Assembly (NCBI RefSeq): GCF_004010195.1
Contig: NC_057718.1
Location: 10,433,653 to 10,476,653, forward strand
Reading direction: 5' to 3'
Source: Chiloscyllium plagiosum
Lineage: Eukaryota
Length of the DNA: 43,001 nucleotides
A program made the position numbers and the translations under genes. The stretch's first letter is position 1. Each line of letters starts with the position of its first letter. The notes beneath the pieces were generated by a model, which ran no database searches, was not told the origin of the DNA, and worked only from the letters and a program-made list of their open reading frames with translations. This document shows positions 22,683 through 35,445 of this stretch, piece by piece.

Positions 22683-23727
22683 TATATGAATAGGAAGGGT
22701 TTAGAGGGATATGGACAAAATGGTGGCAAATGGGTTCTGGTCGGCATGGATGAGTTGGACCGAAGGGTCTGTTTCCATGCTGCACTTCTCTATGACTCTG
22801 TGACTCGAAGAATTATTCAAGGAATAAGGTACTGCAGTTATGTGGATATGTTGGATACCCTGTTGCTGATCTCCTTGAAGAAGAGAAGGTTGAGAGGTGT
22901 TTTTAGAGAGATGTTTAAAATGATGAGGGGTTCAGTCAGAGGGATACTGTTCCCATTGGCAGAAAGGTTGAGAACCAGAGGACACAGACGACAGGAGGAA
23001 AAACGGGTGATTAGGAAGTGGAATAAGACAATGGTAAAAGGTAGATTCAACTGTAGCTTTCAAAAGGACTGAGACAAACAGGGAAGAGAATAAAATCGGA
23101 GGGTGTTCCTTTAGCAAACAACAGCAATGGCCTATTACTATGTGAATTTGTTCTTTAACTATTTTTCAATGCTTTGTGACTCTATTATTGTAAAGTGTTG
23201 CCTTAAATAGCAAATGAATTAAAATAAATGAAGACATTTAATAATAATACTTTATTGGTAGAAAAATTAATTAGAAATCAGATAAATTGAAGAAATGGCT
23301 TGATTTTATTCATAGGAATTGGTGGAATTCTTTACTGCAGAGGACTTCCAAGTCTGCATCTTCAGGTTTGCGATAGCAAGATTTTTAATCTGTATGGGAA
23401 TTAAATGTTATAGGGACAAGTCAGGAACGTGGAGTTGAGGATTATCAGATCAGGCATGATCTGATTGGCAGAGCAGAAGGGGAGGTCTAAATGGCCTACT
23501 TTTGCACCTGCATCTTACACTTTTGTTGTTGGGGAAAAGAATTACAAGGATGTGAACTGGAGGTGAATCGCATTGCTCCCAGGTTCCTGGTGTGGTGGAG
23601 TTTCAGGGCATTGCCTATGTTTAGTCACTGCTGTGGACCTGAAAAGGTAGATGAAGGTCGATCAAAGAAATAAATACCTGTACTAAAGCTCGATCATTTC
23701 TCACGCTTGCATTTGTCTTGCTTTCAG

Positions 23728-24807
23728 ATCGACAACCCTGCTAGTGGAAATGAGATGCAGACATGCAATGTGCCTTCCAGTCGCTTTCAGGCAGTTGAGT
23801 CCGATTACCGGGATAACAACTATGACCGAGGCCATCTGTACCCATTCAAACTGAATGACAAGACGAGTGCCACAAGTACATGCACCCTCACTAACGCAGT
23901 ACCCGAACGTCATGGTGCCAATGTCAGGTGGCTTCACCAGGTTGAATCCTTTGTCCGGAGGCTGGCACAGATATGCCACCGGTCCAAACGGACAATGTAC
24001 GTGGTGACAGGTGCTGACAATCCCACACAAAATAAAATGAACAACAGAGTGTCAGTGCCCGGTCTGGTCTGGTCAGCTCTTTGCTGCACCTCTGCACAGG
24101 ACCTGAATAATGATCCTTGTCTAAGTGGCAATGTGGTATCAGAGGAAATGGACATACCAACATATGATAACGACTTTTCTTTTGCATTCATGAAAAACAT
24201 GGAGCCAGAAGCAAATGCTGAGCACCTAATGGTGAGGGAGTTACAGAAAATCCTGGGAGTGGGCAAGATCTTTGACAGGTGCAGGGGAACAACCAAAGAT
24301 GATGAAGCAGAGACCTTCAAAGAGGTGGAAGCATTGATATCCAAACTGGCAATTAGCACAGAAGATCAAGAGGACATTTCTCTCCCGATACCAGCTGAAG
24401 AGAACCCAGCAGCTGATGGTGATGATCTGGCAACACAGCAAGCTGATACACCATTGGAACCAGCCAGCAAAGAGGTTGATGAAGTCTGTGAGTCCACCAT
24501 CATCAACGCCTTGGCTCCAATTGGAAGGATGATCTCCTTGATCACCAATGGGGTATCAGCCTTTGCCAGACTCATCACAACTGTTATCAACATTGCCCGA
24601 ATTCTGATGGTGGCCATTTTGAGAGTTCCCTTCGGGATTATCCATGACTGTGCCGGCTGCCTGACCATCATGGTCAAGCATCTGATTGTCACAGTGGCCA
24701 CGGTTCCCCAAGACCTCTTGGGTATCGTGGCCAGCATTATATCGGACACTGCAGGTGTCATTGCATGGTCCGCCAGGATGATCAAATATCTTGTCAGAGT
24801 TCTGTAA
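23728..24807 (+). CDS. ENDOD1-like endonuclease gene B, coding exon 2 (359 aa + stop; spliced product 456 aa)
   Basis: Strong acceptor tttgtcttgctttcAG|ATC GAC AAC. YDRGHLYPF (DRGH at 23824-23835), TLTNAVP, RVSVPGLVWSALCC, an acidic linker, and a long amphipathic/hydrophobic C-terminus resembling the ENDOD1 tail. TAA ends at 24807. Confidence 0.92.
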   Translation: MDNPASGNEMQTCNVPSSRFQAVESDYRDNNYDRGHLYPFKLNDKTSATSTCTLTNAVPERHGANVRWLHQVESFVRRLAQICHRSKRTMYVVTGADNPTQNKMNNRVSVPGLVWSALCCTSAQDLNNDPCLSGNVVSEEMDIPTYDNDFSFAFMKNMEPEANAEHLMVRELQKILGVGKIFDRCRGTTKDDEAETFKEVEALISKLAISTEDQEDISLPIPAEENPAADGDDLATQQADTPLEPASKEVDEVCESTIINALAPIGRMISLITNGVSAFARLITTVINIARILMVAILRVPFGIIHDCAGCLTIMVKHLIVTVATVPQDLLGIVASIISDTAGVIAWSARMIKYLVRVL

Positions 24808-25135
24808 TCTTTGCTGTTTGAAAGGTTAGATCTTCACATAATACCAAATTGAGACACTCTTTATCAACAATCCCAACTTCCAGGAGTCACCATTTACAAC
24901 CAGTCCACCCTCTACCCCCAACTATTCAAACATGTCCTCCTAAAACTCATAACCTTTCCAACATCTCTATAAGCATGTCCTCACTAAGTTCTCAAACCCA
25001 AGAGAAATCTGCCTGGTCAATATTTATCGCTTAACTAACATCTCAGAAGTGAATTTTTTTCTGAATAATGCCTGGTTTGCTTACTTAGGGACGTTTGCAG
25101 TGCATTATGTATATTACAATATTGAGCACACACGC

Positions 25136-25311
25136 TCATTCATTCATTCATTCATTCACTCATTCACTCATTCATTCACTCATTCATTCGCTCATTCATT
25201 CATTCACTCATTCATTCATTCATTCACTCATTCATTCATTCATTCATTCATTCATTCATTCATTCATTCATTCACTCATTCATTCGCTCATTCACTCATT
25301 CACTCACTCAT
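25136..25311. repeat. (TTCA)n/(CTCA) compound microsatellite
   Basis: Directly visible. Confidence 0.95.
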
Positions 25312-26989
25312 TGGCTGAAAAGTACTTTGGAACATCTTAAAAACATGAAAGTTCCTGTATGTTTCAGTATTTCAGACGCTAATTCCTCAGATTAGGGCAT
25401 TAAGATTATTGGGAGTTTAGTAATATAAATGAAGAAGTCCTTCCTGTTTGACCATCGTTTGTTCTTCAGGCAGTATACTTGTGGAAATTGGATTTATAAA
25501 TAAGTGACTGTTGGATACTGTATTTGGACAATGCATGGAGAAAATGGAACTAAACAAGTCCCTTATAACCACAAAGTTCTTGAAAAGTGCTATGATATTG
25601 TGGTTTCCTTTTCAACATGATTTGTAAAATCTCAGCTTGTCAGTTGTCCAATTAATGTTTAATTTCTGTCCTATTGTGATAGTGTTTGAGTAGTGGGGGC
25701 TCTGAAGCTACGAGGGTCTGTTGGGTCAGATACATCTGGTGCTGGATAGTTGAAGCTGAACTAACCAGTAGTAGGAGGCTTGGCAGTCTGATAGTGAGCC
25801 AGGTAGATCTGACAGTATTCCAGAATATTGTCACCAAGGACTCAAGGCTCACAATCTACCTTGGATCATTAATAGGCTTCAGTAAGATTAGACCTGTGCA
25901 GAAAGTTTTCAAACATTTCCAAGTGCTCTAACAGGTAAAACTATCTCGGTTGGAGAATCTGTTTTAATATCCTGTGATTTGCACTGCCAGTGCAGTAGCT
26001 CCAACTATTCAAACACTACCTGTATGTGAGTGGGACAACCTGGAGCTTGAGTCTTCCAAATGGCAGCTGAGCTCTCCTTGAACCCATGATCTCCAGCAGC
26101 TGCAAAGAGTAGGGGCAGCAATTGCATAGCAACACCATCACATCCAAGGACCACTGCAAGTCCCTCTTGGATATGCATCATGCAGTTCCTTTGTCCTCGC
26201 TGAATTAAAATCCCAGAACTCCCTCCCTGACAGCACTGTCTAGCAGCTTGACCATACAGACTGTAAACTAAAGGCTCACACACACCTTCCCAAGAGCAGG
26301 GTTGGGCAATAAATGTTGGCCTTGCTGACAACACTCAGCATCCAAAAATAAATATTAGGACATTTGTCTGTGCACTTCATTATCAAACTAACAAAATCAC
26401 TATGGGTCAAGGCTTCAGCAGCTTTAGCCAGAAACAGAGTTATGGATTTTAACGCATGTCAGGAACTTGATTGACCAAGTGTAAGCGCTTACACGCATGA
26501 AGCATTCTAACTCAAATGATTACGAATCGAGTCAAGCATTGTTGTTACAAACTATTAGCAATCACAAACACGAGGCAAAGGCTGTTTGGAGCAGGGTGCC
26601 TGGAGGGGGGGGGGATAATGTCGCAAATGCAAGTGGCTACATGTTTACAGAAAAGGAGGTTGAAATGTGTCAGAGTGGCGTCTGGGGTTTATTGGAGGTA
26701 GGGACTAGCCAAATGGATGACCATGAACTTTCCTGATCTTTGGCCTTTAAATGATTCTTTGTCCTATGTGATCACTCTCTATGTATATATTTATACAGGA
26801 AATGGGTTTTTTGGTGACTGTACTGGGGTCATGTTGGTGAATTCTTCACCACTTTATTTTTGTACGTAGTATCATCAAACACGTAGGAGTAGTAGATATT
26901 TAGAAGACATGCTTAGTTTTGGAGCTATCTTTTTTCATTGTAATTACTTGCAGTGACTGAATTCCTGCCAGAAATTACATGTGTGTGGT

Positions 26990-27588
26990 GATGAAGGCTG
27001 TTCGGTGGATGTTGTGTATATGGATTGTCAGAAGTCATTCTGTCAGAAGCCATGTCACAACTCATTACAATTGTACATAGCACTGGTGAGACTACACCTG
27101 GGATGCTTTGTGCAGTTTTGTCCTCCATATTTAAGAAGAGATGCACTTACATACTGTGGTCCTGCAAAGGTCCACTAGAATGGTCTCAGAGATGAGGGGG
27201 TTGAGCTATGGTGAGAGGCTATGTAGGTTGGGTTGATTTTCCCCGGAGTTTAGAAGAATGAGAGGTGATCTCATTGAAATGTACAAGATTCTGAAGGTGC
27301 TTGACAGGATAACCAGTGAGAGATTGTTTCTGCTGGTCGAGGGTTCGATTAAATAGGGGCACAGTCTCAGGGGAAGGAATCCATCGTTTGGGACTCACGA
27401 TGGTGAGTAACCTGATCACACAGATGATTCTGGTGTCTGCATCATTTGATGCATTTAAAGCTGAGGCAGAAAGAGTTTTGGTTTCTCATGGAATCAGGGC
27501 ATGTTGAAAGCAGACAGGAACATAGAGTGGAGGCCCTAGCTCAGTCAAGATGATATTGAATGATGGGGCAGACCTGACAGGCCAAATG
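26990..27588 (+). mobile_element. Degenerate CR1-clade LINE fragments
   Basis: VDVVYMDCQK and LQLYIALVRLHL motifs; agaagaatgagaggtgatctcattgaaatgtacaag. Confidence 0.65.
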
Positions 27589-27826
27589 CTGGATCAATGG
27601 TGCTGGAAGAGCACAGCAGTTCAGGCAGCATCTGAGGAGCAGCAGCAAAATCGACATTTCGGGCAAAAGCCCTTCATCAGGAATAAAGGCAGAGAGCCTG
27701 AAGCGTGGAGAGATAAGCTAGAGGAGGGTGGGGGTGGGGAGAGAGTAGCATAGAGTACCTGGGAGTTGCAATGGGAGAGGGACTCCCTGAGATTCTTGTA
27801 GAGAGAGGAGGAAAACTTCTTCAAGG
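27589..27826 (-). mobile_element. Non-autonomous PLE derivative in a CR1 3' UTR
   Basis: TSD caggccaaatg at 27578-27588 and 27827-27837. Same layout as the unit at 5950-6290. Confidence 0.8.
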
Positions 27827-28099
27827 CAGGCCAAATGGTCCACTTCAGCTCCAATTTCCTGCTTTTATAAATCGCTGTGTAAATGTTTGATTACAGCAAT
27901 ATCTATGCCTCAACTGACATAACTCAAACAAAATAATTTGTCCATTTGTGATAAGGAACACATTACACCAGCTCACGTTTAATGGGTTATTTCCTTGCCT
28001 TAAATAAGTGACTTCAAATTATCCTGAATCAAACTGCCTTCACTTTAGCAAAACCGACTGTGCCATAGTTCAGTGGGAAGGTTCTGGTTTTATATCCCA

Positions 28100-28975
28100 G
28101 CCCAGATCTTTTGCCCAAAATTCCAGATTGATGTTCCAGTGGTAGTACTGAGGGGCTGCTGCATTGCTGGAGGTGGTGATTTTCAGAAAGGATTTTAAAC
28201 AAGACACTGTTTACCTTGTTGGATAGAAATAAAAGATTTCATTGCATTATTTATTGGGGAAATAAGGAGCAGAGGTACCCGTTGTTCTGGCCAGTGCTTA
28301 TCAGCATCACAAAAGAAAAAGTGATCTGGTCAAGTGTACCCAAGAACCCTGTGGGAAGCTAGGGAAGTGATTGCTGGGCCCCTTACAGAGATATTTGTCT
28401 CATTGATAGTCACAGGTGAGGTGCCAGAAGACTGGAGGTTGGCAAATGTGGTGCCACTATTTAAGAAAGATGGTAAAGACAAGCCAGGGAACTATAGACC
28501 GGTGAGCCTGACATCAGTTTTGGGCAAGTTGTTGGAGGGAATCCTGAGGGACAGGATTTACAAGTATTTCGAAAGGCAAAGACTGATTAGGGATAGTCAA
28601 CATGGCTTTGTGTGTGGGATATCATGTCTCAGGAACTTGTTTGAGTTTTATAAAGGTTTAGGGTGAGAAGGGAAAGATATAAAAGGGACCTGAGGGTGGT
28701 GCATGTGTGGAATGAGTTGCCAGAGGAAATGGTGGAGGCTAGTACAATTGCAACATTTAAAAGGCAGTTGGATGGGTATATGAATAGGAAGGGTTTAGAG
28801 GGATATGGGCCAAATGCTGGCAAATGGGACTAGATTAGGTTAGGATGAGTTGGACCGAAGGGTTTCTGTGCTGTACATCTCTATGACTCTAAGACACTAT
28901 GACATTGGTGTTTGTGAGATTCACAAATTGTCCATTGTGTTTCCAACATGACAACGGTAACTCGACCTCAGAGTC
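28100..28975 (+). mobile_element. Old DeuSINE (SacSINE1/AmnSINE1-like) split by the CR1 at 28333-28890
   Basis: taaaagatttcattgcatta...ctggccagtg...gatctggtca [CR1] ctatgacattggtgtttgtg...gtttccaacatgacaac follows the recalled Deu-domain and tail consensus. Confidence 0.55.
28333..28890 (+). mobile_element. Internally deleted CR1-clade LINE inserted in a DeuSINE
   Basis: VPEDWRLANVVPLFKK...PGNYRPVSLTSV.GKLLE..QHGF joined directly to the 3' end and ctctatgactct tail. Confidence 0.85.
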
Positions 28976-29769
28976 AAAAATCAATGACACTGGATCATAG
29001 TCCAACAGGTCCGCTATGTATGCATTAATCTTCAGCCTTAATGTATCTGGTCTGCTAGTGCCTCTCCCTCTGTTTTTCTTATCATATTTGGTTCAATCTA
29101 AAGGGATGAGAAATTTAGCAGCTTAAGACAGGCTCAATAATTCCATGGATACATTCATGGAATGTTTTCCTTTCACTTGTGTCCATATCCTAACTCCAAA
29201 GCCACACAAGTGAACCTTGCTTTAGAACATTTTGAACAAATTATTTAGGTGGAAAAATGGTGAAAAAAGAGAAATAATCTGAATGTTGCTGACATTGAAA
29301 GGAATTAGCAGTATGAGTAAAAAGCTGATTAAAGGATTGAAAACTGAGGTATTGTATTTCATTTTGAAATGGTCTCCCCCCCGCCAATCAGTGTCAAGCC
29401 ACTGATATTCCCAGTTATTATAAGTGAATAAAATCACCATAATCCCAGGTGAGAGAGGGAGGGCATTAGTGGTTTAGCCTGAGGGCTACCACACCACACA
29501 CATGGTTACCTGCACACTCACCTCAGCCAGTGCAGGAAATGAATCCACACTGGCAGTATCCACTCTGCATTGGAAACCAGACATTTAGTCAACTGAACTA
29601 AGCAATCTTGTTTGCTGCATTTGACACAAAAATAAAAATGCTGTCAAGGAGGCTAATGAGTTGACAGATGGGTATTAAATTAAACTTAATGCAGATAAAT
29701 GTGAGGTGTTACCTTAGAGAGGGAGCGAAATAACTAATCAAAGTTTAAAAGGAATGCAGTAGTGAATGG

Positions 29770-30170
29770 CCTTCATTCCAACAGATCCGCAAATTGGTAG
29801 CTGTGGCAACCTTCCATCTCATAAGACGATGACTTGCAAGGTGATGGCCAATTCTGTGTTAAACCTCTCCTGGTGTGGATCAGGAACCACGTTCTGTTAT
29901 GGCAGTCTCTGTCACTTTAGCTGCGGAGGAAGACTGGGCTTGCTCAGTCTCTGTCTTCTCCTGGCCCTACTCTTGGCCTTTTCGTTGCAGCTTTTCCAGT
30001 GCCTTTACAGTCGCCCCGCACACCCCCTCTCTCTCCCAGGGATCACACCCATCAGTAACTGTCTCCAAGGTCACTGTCAACGTCCGCAGTTTTCACGTCT
30101 CTTTTGGAGTCATCCTTGTAGTGAAGGCGTTTGACCACTTGGATTTTGTGACCTAGAGGCCAGTCCACCA
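29770..30170 (-). mobile_element. Degenerate RTE-clade LINE 3' end
   Basis: Minus strand LHYKDDSKRDVK (RTE-type LRYKD..KRD.K motif) and a terminal HRIG..H-like motif. Confidence 0.5.
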
Positions 30171-32695
30171 CAGAGAGTTTCTCCAACCAAATTCCATCCA
30201 ATGAACGAGGCTAAGCCAGTTCATTAAAAATTGTAAACAACAAAAGCACCCAATATTTACATAGCACGTTTAGCATAATAGAACATCCCAGGGCACTTCA
30301 CAAGAGCAAAATAGGACACCGATAGGTGCTATTATGATAGATGACCAAATACTTCTCAAGCAGGCCAGTTTTGTTGAATCTCTTAAAGATGGAAAGCCTG
30401 ATAGACAGAGAGAGTTCAATAGAAAGGCTATTCCATAACATCAGGTCAATTAATGAAGGTTTGATTATGATGTTGGAATAATTAAGATTGGGACGTTCAG
30501 GAGAGCAGAGTTAGAGAAGCACAGACATGGTGGCACGTAGGGATGGAAGAGATTACAGAGTTAGGGAATTTCAAAACATATTTATAATGAAATTGCTAAG
30601 ACAAAGGGATTCTCAGTGTTATAACTGGGAACACAGAAAGCACAAAGCAAAGTGTTGATGGCCTAGTGATATTATCTCTCGACTATTAACCCAGAGACCC
30701 ATGTAATATTCTGAGACCCTGGCAGATGTGGAATTTGAAATCAAGTTCTTAATATTGAATAAAACTATAGAATTGTGAGTTTAATGATGACAATGAAACC
30801 ATTATCGATTGTCAGGAGAAACCCATTTGGTTTACTGATGCTCTTGAGAAAAGGAAATCTGCCGTCCTTACCTGGTCTGGCCAACATATGACTCCAAGCC
30901 CACAGCAATGGCATTGACTCTTTATTAGGAATGAGCAATAAATGCTGGTTGAGCCAGCAATGGCCACATCCTGTGAATGTATTTTTTTTAAAAGTCCACC
31001 AAACAGCTTTGGTGCCATGCATCCAGAAGAATGTTAGAGTTCTGAAGAGGGTAACAGAGAGACTGGAGATGAGAAGCTGCTATTATATAGAATGTTAAGG
31101 GAAACTGGAGTTTTTATTAGGATAAAGTGGGGCAACAGACCATCCAAGAGATAGAATAAAGGAATAGTTTTCTTTATACAGAAGCCTGTTAGGTCAAGTA
31201 GTTCTCATCAGAATCAATGGTTGGAGCAGAATCCAAAGTATCTCTTGAAAGAAAGTAATCATAAAAATAAAGGATATTGGGGAAAGACATGAAATGGGAC
31301 TAAGTGGATAGACCTTTTTACCAAAAGGTGTCACAAGTGCATTGTCCTCAATGTCCTCCTTCTGTGTCAAAACACTCTATGATCCCATAAGTAATGAGAT
31401 TAAGACAGGTTTACCTCAAGAACATTTTAATTTTAAATGATTCTTAATTGATGGACAAAAAGACTGAAGATGTTGTGGAGGAATTGATAGCAATTAAGGC
31501 AAGTCTTTAAGTGAAAGTACAGATATTAGAATGATGTAGAATCTTTGTTAAACATTCGAGTGTTCCAGAAAAGATAGACAGTCGCCTAACAGCTAATATA
31601 GAGGGAAAATATTACTGTAATAAAAGCAAATTACTGCAAATTCTTAAAATCTGAAATAAAATGGAAAATTATGGGGAAACTCAACATTTCTGGCAGCATC
31701 TGTGGAGAGAGTACCAAGAGTTAATGTTTTGAGTATGATGTGATTATTCTTTGGAGCAATATTTATTGTGCTTGGTGTAAAGAGAGTCAACGGAACTTTA
31801 TGAATAAGTTGTACATCTCTAATAAAATTTTAATTCTGAAATGATTGTTAAATTTGTGGCAATTGTATTGATAACTCTATCCTCCTGATATATTACAGAT
31901 GTAGTTAAATAAACAGGTTCTTAATAGTACAAAATGTGCTGTGTTAAATCCTTGATGTTTGCACAGACTGAATGACAACTGTCACCACACAGTGGTATCT
32001 GTTGACTGTGATTATTTTGCAGCACGTTGGGTCATTTGTGTCTCAAACATTCATCATGGGAGACAGAACCTTGAAACCAATATTTGCTATTGCATGTTAA
32101 AAGTAAGCCAAACCCTCTCTACATTTCCTTTTTCCTAAGCTAACCTCAGTAATTGTACCTTCAGTGTTCACTGGCCAGTTGATGGAGGGATGGTGGATGT
32201 TCTAGATGTCTACATCTTCTTCATGGTCTTGGCCATGTTAAAGTGTCACCAGAGAGGATTCAAGATAAGCCAAATGATTCACTCGAGGCCTTCTACAAGT
32301 AATGAACACTACTGGACTGGAATGTTTAGCAGGAATTGCACTGTGATTTGGTCTTGTTCAGCAAAATTCAAGAATGAAAAATACAGTAACCTCCCCCCTT
32401 ACCTCCTGCTTGGCTTTTTCAAGATGAAAGCTGTGATTTATCTAATGTGAGTGTAACAAATCTCTGATCTGTAGTTATCATCTTTTGGGACTATGAAACT
32501 GAGCTCCAGGAACTCACAACTGCAGCAACAGTCACAATCACTGCTGCAAAGCACAATATCCAGTTTTAATAACCTGAGACAGAACACAACAGAACTTTAC
32601 TGAGGCAGGAAACTCAATGACAGTTTAAGACTTGTTAGTCATTGTGTTCAATTCTGTTTTCTCAGCCAGTAATGCCAAAGGTGATTGACAAAGTA

Positions 32696-32936
32696 GTCCA
32701 TGATTTGGAGGTGCCGGTTTTGGACTGGGGTGTACAACGTTAAAAATCACACAATACCATTTTATAGTCCAACAGGTTTATTTGGAAGCACTAGGTTTCA
32801 GAGCACTGCTCCTTCATTCGGTGGTTGTGGAATTGTGGAGTACTCCACAACCACCTGACGAAGAAGCAGCGCTCCAAAAGCTGGTGCTTCCAAACAAACC
32901 TGTTGGACTATAACCTGGTGTTGTGTGGTTTTTAAC
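32696..32936. mobile_element. Fold-back PLE pLTR mini-insertion (same family as 12589-14290)
   Basis: Inverted copies of gttaaaaatcacac...tatagtccaacaggttt..ttggaagcac centred on tgtggagtactccaca. TSD attgacaaagta at 32684-32695 and 32937-32948. Confidence 0.85.
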
Positions 32937-32948
32937 ATTGACAAAGTA

Positions 32949-33280
32949 AACATCAAAAGGATATTTCCTCATGTGGCATAATCTAGAATGAGAGGTCATA
33001 GTTTAAAGATAAAAGGTCACAGATTTAAAACAGAGATGAGGAGAAAATACTTCTTTCATGAATCTGTGGAGTCAATTACTCCAGAGTGTGGTGGATGCCA
33101 GGACAGTGAGTTAATTTAAGGAGGATATAAACAGATTTTTAATTAGTAATGGGTTGCAGGTTTTTGGAGAATGGGCAAAAAGTGGAGTTCAGGCTGAGAT
33201 GAGATCAGTCATGATTGTATTGAATGGGGGAGCAGGCTGGAGGGGCTGAATTGCCTGCTCCTGCTCCAGCTCTTAAGTTC
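32949..33280 (+). mobile_element. CR1-clade LINE 3' end
   Basis: tctagaatgagaggtcatagtttaaagataa...gagatgaggagaaaatacttc and the CR1 3' UTR. Confidence 0.7.
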
Positions 33281-34051
33281 CAATTGTGAAAGAAGAATGA
33301 TCATTTGGTAGAATTACTGATAATGTTGAAGCTCTTCATCTTTGCATGCAACTGGACAATTCATAAGAATCTCAAAGTAAAGAGAAAACAACATTTTTGG
33401 TTGACAAGTATATGTGGTTAAATATTGACACTTGCAGGATGTAGGATACCAAGGATTACCCAAACTTTGTGGTTGAGAATGTGAATGACTTAAAGATGGT
33501 GTGGTGAGTTTATTTTGAAGCAAGGTTTCAAATGGTGTATAATCTTTACAGGTAGAAAGGACGTGGAAACCGAAACAGGTGAAAATGGTTAACGAGAACC
33601 AAAGCCATATTTTTGTGGGGAGATGGTTGTACAACGCTAATGTCATAGGACTCATAATCCAGAGCCCCATAATAAAACCATGAAATATATGGCATCACCT
33701 AAATTCAACGTTTGAAGCATAATGCAAGTCCCAGTGATTGGTAACCATGAAACTATCATTGTTTGTTATAAAAACCCGCCTGGTTCACAAATGTCCTTTA
33801 GGGAAGCAAATTGATATCCTTATCTGGCCTGGCCTACACGTGACTCCAGACCCACAGCGGGATCATTGACTTTTAGCTGCCCTCTGAAATGGCCAAGCCA
33901 GCCATTGAGTTCCAGGGGCAGGCAACAAATGCTGGTCTTACCAACCCCTGCTGTAAGAATAAAATTTAGAGAAATGGATGAGGATCTCCAAAGCTGACAG
34001 TGATAGTGTCCTCTGAATGGATTATTGATCCCAGGCAAGATAAATCCATTA

Positions 34052-34160
34052 GGGGAAAGCGAGGACTACAGATGCTGGAGATTAGAGTCGAGGAGTGTGG
34101 TGCTGGAAAAGCACGGCAGGTCAGGCAGCATCCGAGGAGCAGGAGAATCAACGTTTCGGG
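34052..34160 (-). mobile_element. PLE pLTR fragment
   Basis: gatgctggag...gtgctggaaaagcacggcaggtcaggcagcatccgaggagcaggagaatcaacgtttcggg, the same family as 7461. Confidence 0.7.
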
Positions 34161-34744
34161 GCAGGGCCAATCTCCACAGCAAAAGAGACAGCTCCTCATG
34201 TTTCCTTCAGTCTTGTTGAGTAACCAAAGGTGTTGGGTCAGATTTAACATTGATCCACTTCAAGAATCTCTGTTCCTTCCAAAGTTTTGCTTTCTTTCTC
34301 TCTCTCTCATTGATTTATTTGCCTTATTTCTGGGCAGCTTTGCAAATCACTTATTCAATTGCCCACTAACAAAAGACATATTCCAAGTAATCTCTCCTAT
34401 TTCTGTTGAAAGCTTATGTAATTATCTTATGGCCCATTGCTTGCTCCCACATTCTGTTCAACCGTTAGACAGCTGCTTCACATATGACTCATGGTATAAA
34501 CTTCTCGCACTTCCCTCCCCCCACAATAAGATGAGCAGTGTCCTGTTTCAGTCTGTTTGTGCTCGAGACATGTCTCTTTGACCTTCACTGTTTGCCTGCT
34601 CAGGGCTTCACTTTCGACGGCTGAAAAAAGAACCTAGTTTTATAATACTCACTACATTTCTTGGTAATTTATAAAGTTACATGATTACTTACAGATTGCC
34701 CCCTTAAGAAGGAAACTTTATACATCTCATGAAAGAACCCTGGT

Positions 34745-35445
34745 AAGCTCTAGGATCGGGGGATCTTGGTGTACATGGGACAAGTCGATAAATTGATTAA
34801 GAAAGTATATAGGATACTTGCCTTTATCAGCTGAGACATGACGTTTAAGAGCAGGGAGGTTATACTGGTACACAAGGTTGGTCAGGTCACAGCTAGAGTA
34901 GTGTGTATAATTCTGGAATCCAGATTATAGGAGGAATATGATAGCACTGGAGAGGGTCCAGAGGAGCTTTAGCAAGATGTTGGCTGGCCTGGAGGGTTTC
35001 AGTTATGAAATGAGATTGGACAGACTAGGGTTGTTTCCTTGGGGTAAAAACAATGACTGTAGATGCTGGAAACCTTGGGGACAGAGCAGACTGAGGGGGA
35101 CCATGATTGAGAGGTATAAAATTATGAGCAGTGTAGACATGATAGCTTGGTGGAGCGATCAGTGAAAAAGGGCATACATTCAACGCAAGAGACGGGAGGT
35201 TTCAAGGGTATGTGAGGAAAATCTATTTCACCTAGGGGGTGGTGGGAATCTGGAACTCACTGCCTGTAAGGGTGGGAGAAACAGAAACCCTCAGAAATGT
35301 TTAAGATGCATTTAGATATCCACTTATGGTGCCAAGGCTATAGGCTGGAAAATGTGATTAGAATAGTTAGGTGGTTGCTATTGACTAACATAGACTTGAT
35401 GGGCTAAAGGGCCTTTTCCTGCGAGTTAGACCTTCATGATTCTAT
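34745..35445 (+). mobile_element. CR1-clade LINE 3' portion with a 28-bp PLE-end insertion
   Basis: ALERVQRSFSKMLAGLEGFSYEMRLDRLGLF. Insertion flanked by ccttgggg at 35037-35044 and 35073-35080. Confidence 0.75.

Larger units (their letters stand above)
21200..23170 (+). mobile_element. Stack of CR1-clade LINE fragments interrupted by a PLE
   Basis: GLEGLSYRE.LNRL.LFSLE.WRLRSDL, TRTRGHRL, QRVVYIWNELPEEVVEAG. ctctatgac tail at about 22790. Confidence 0.75.

Noticed and set aside
24808..26360. Poly(A) signal for gene B (and for gene A below 1039)
   Set aside because: The AATAAA hexamers I found near 26310-26350 are in a repeat tail, so no signal could be assigned with confidence.
34000..34581. 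193-aa ORF
   Set aside because: GTG start, begins in a PLE pLTR, no recognisable domain or splice structure.
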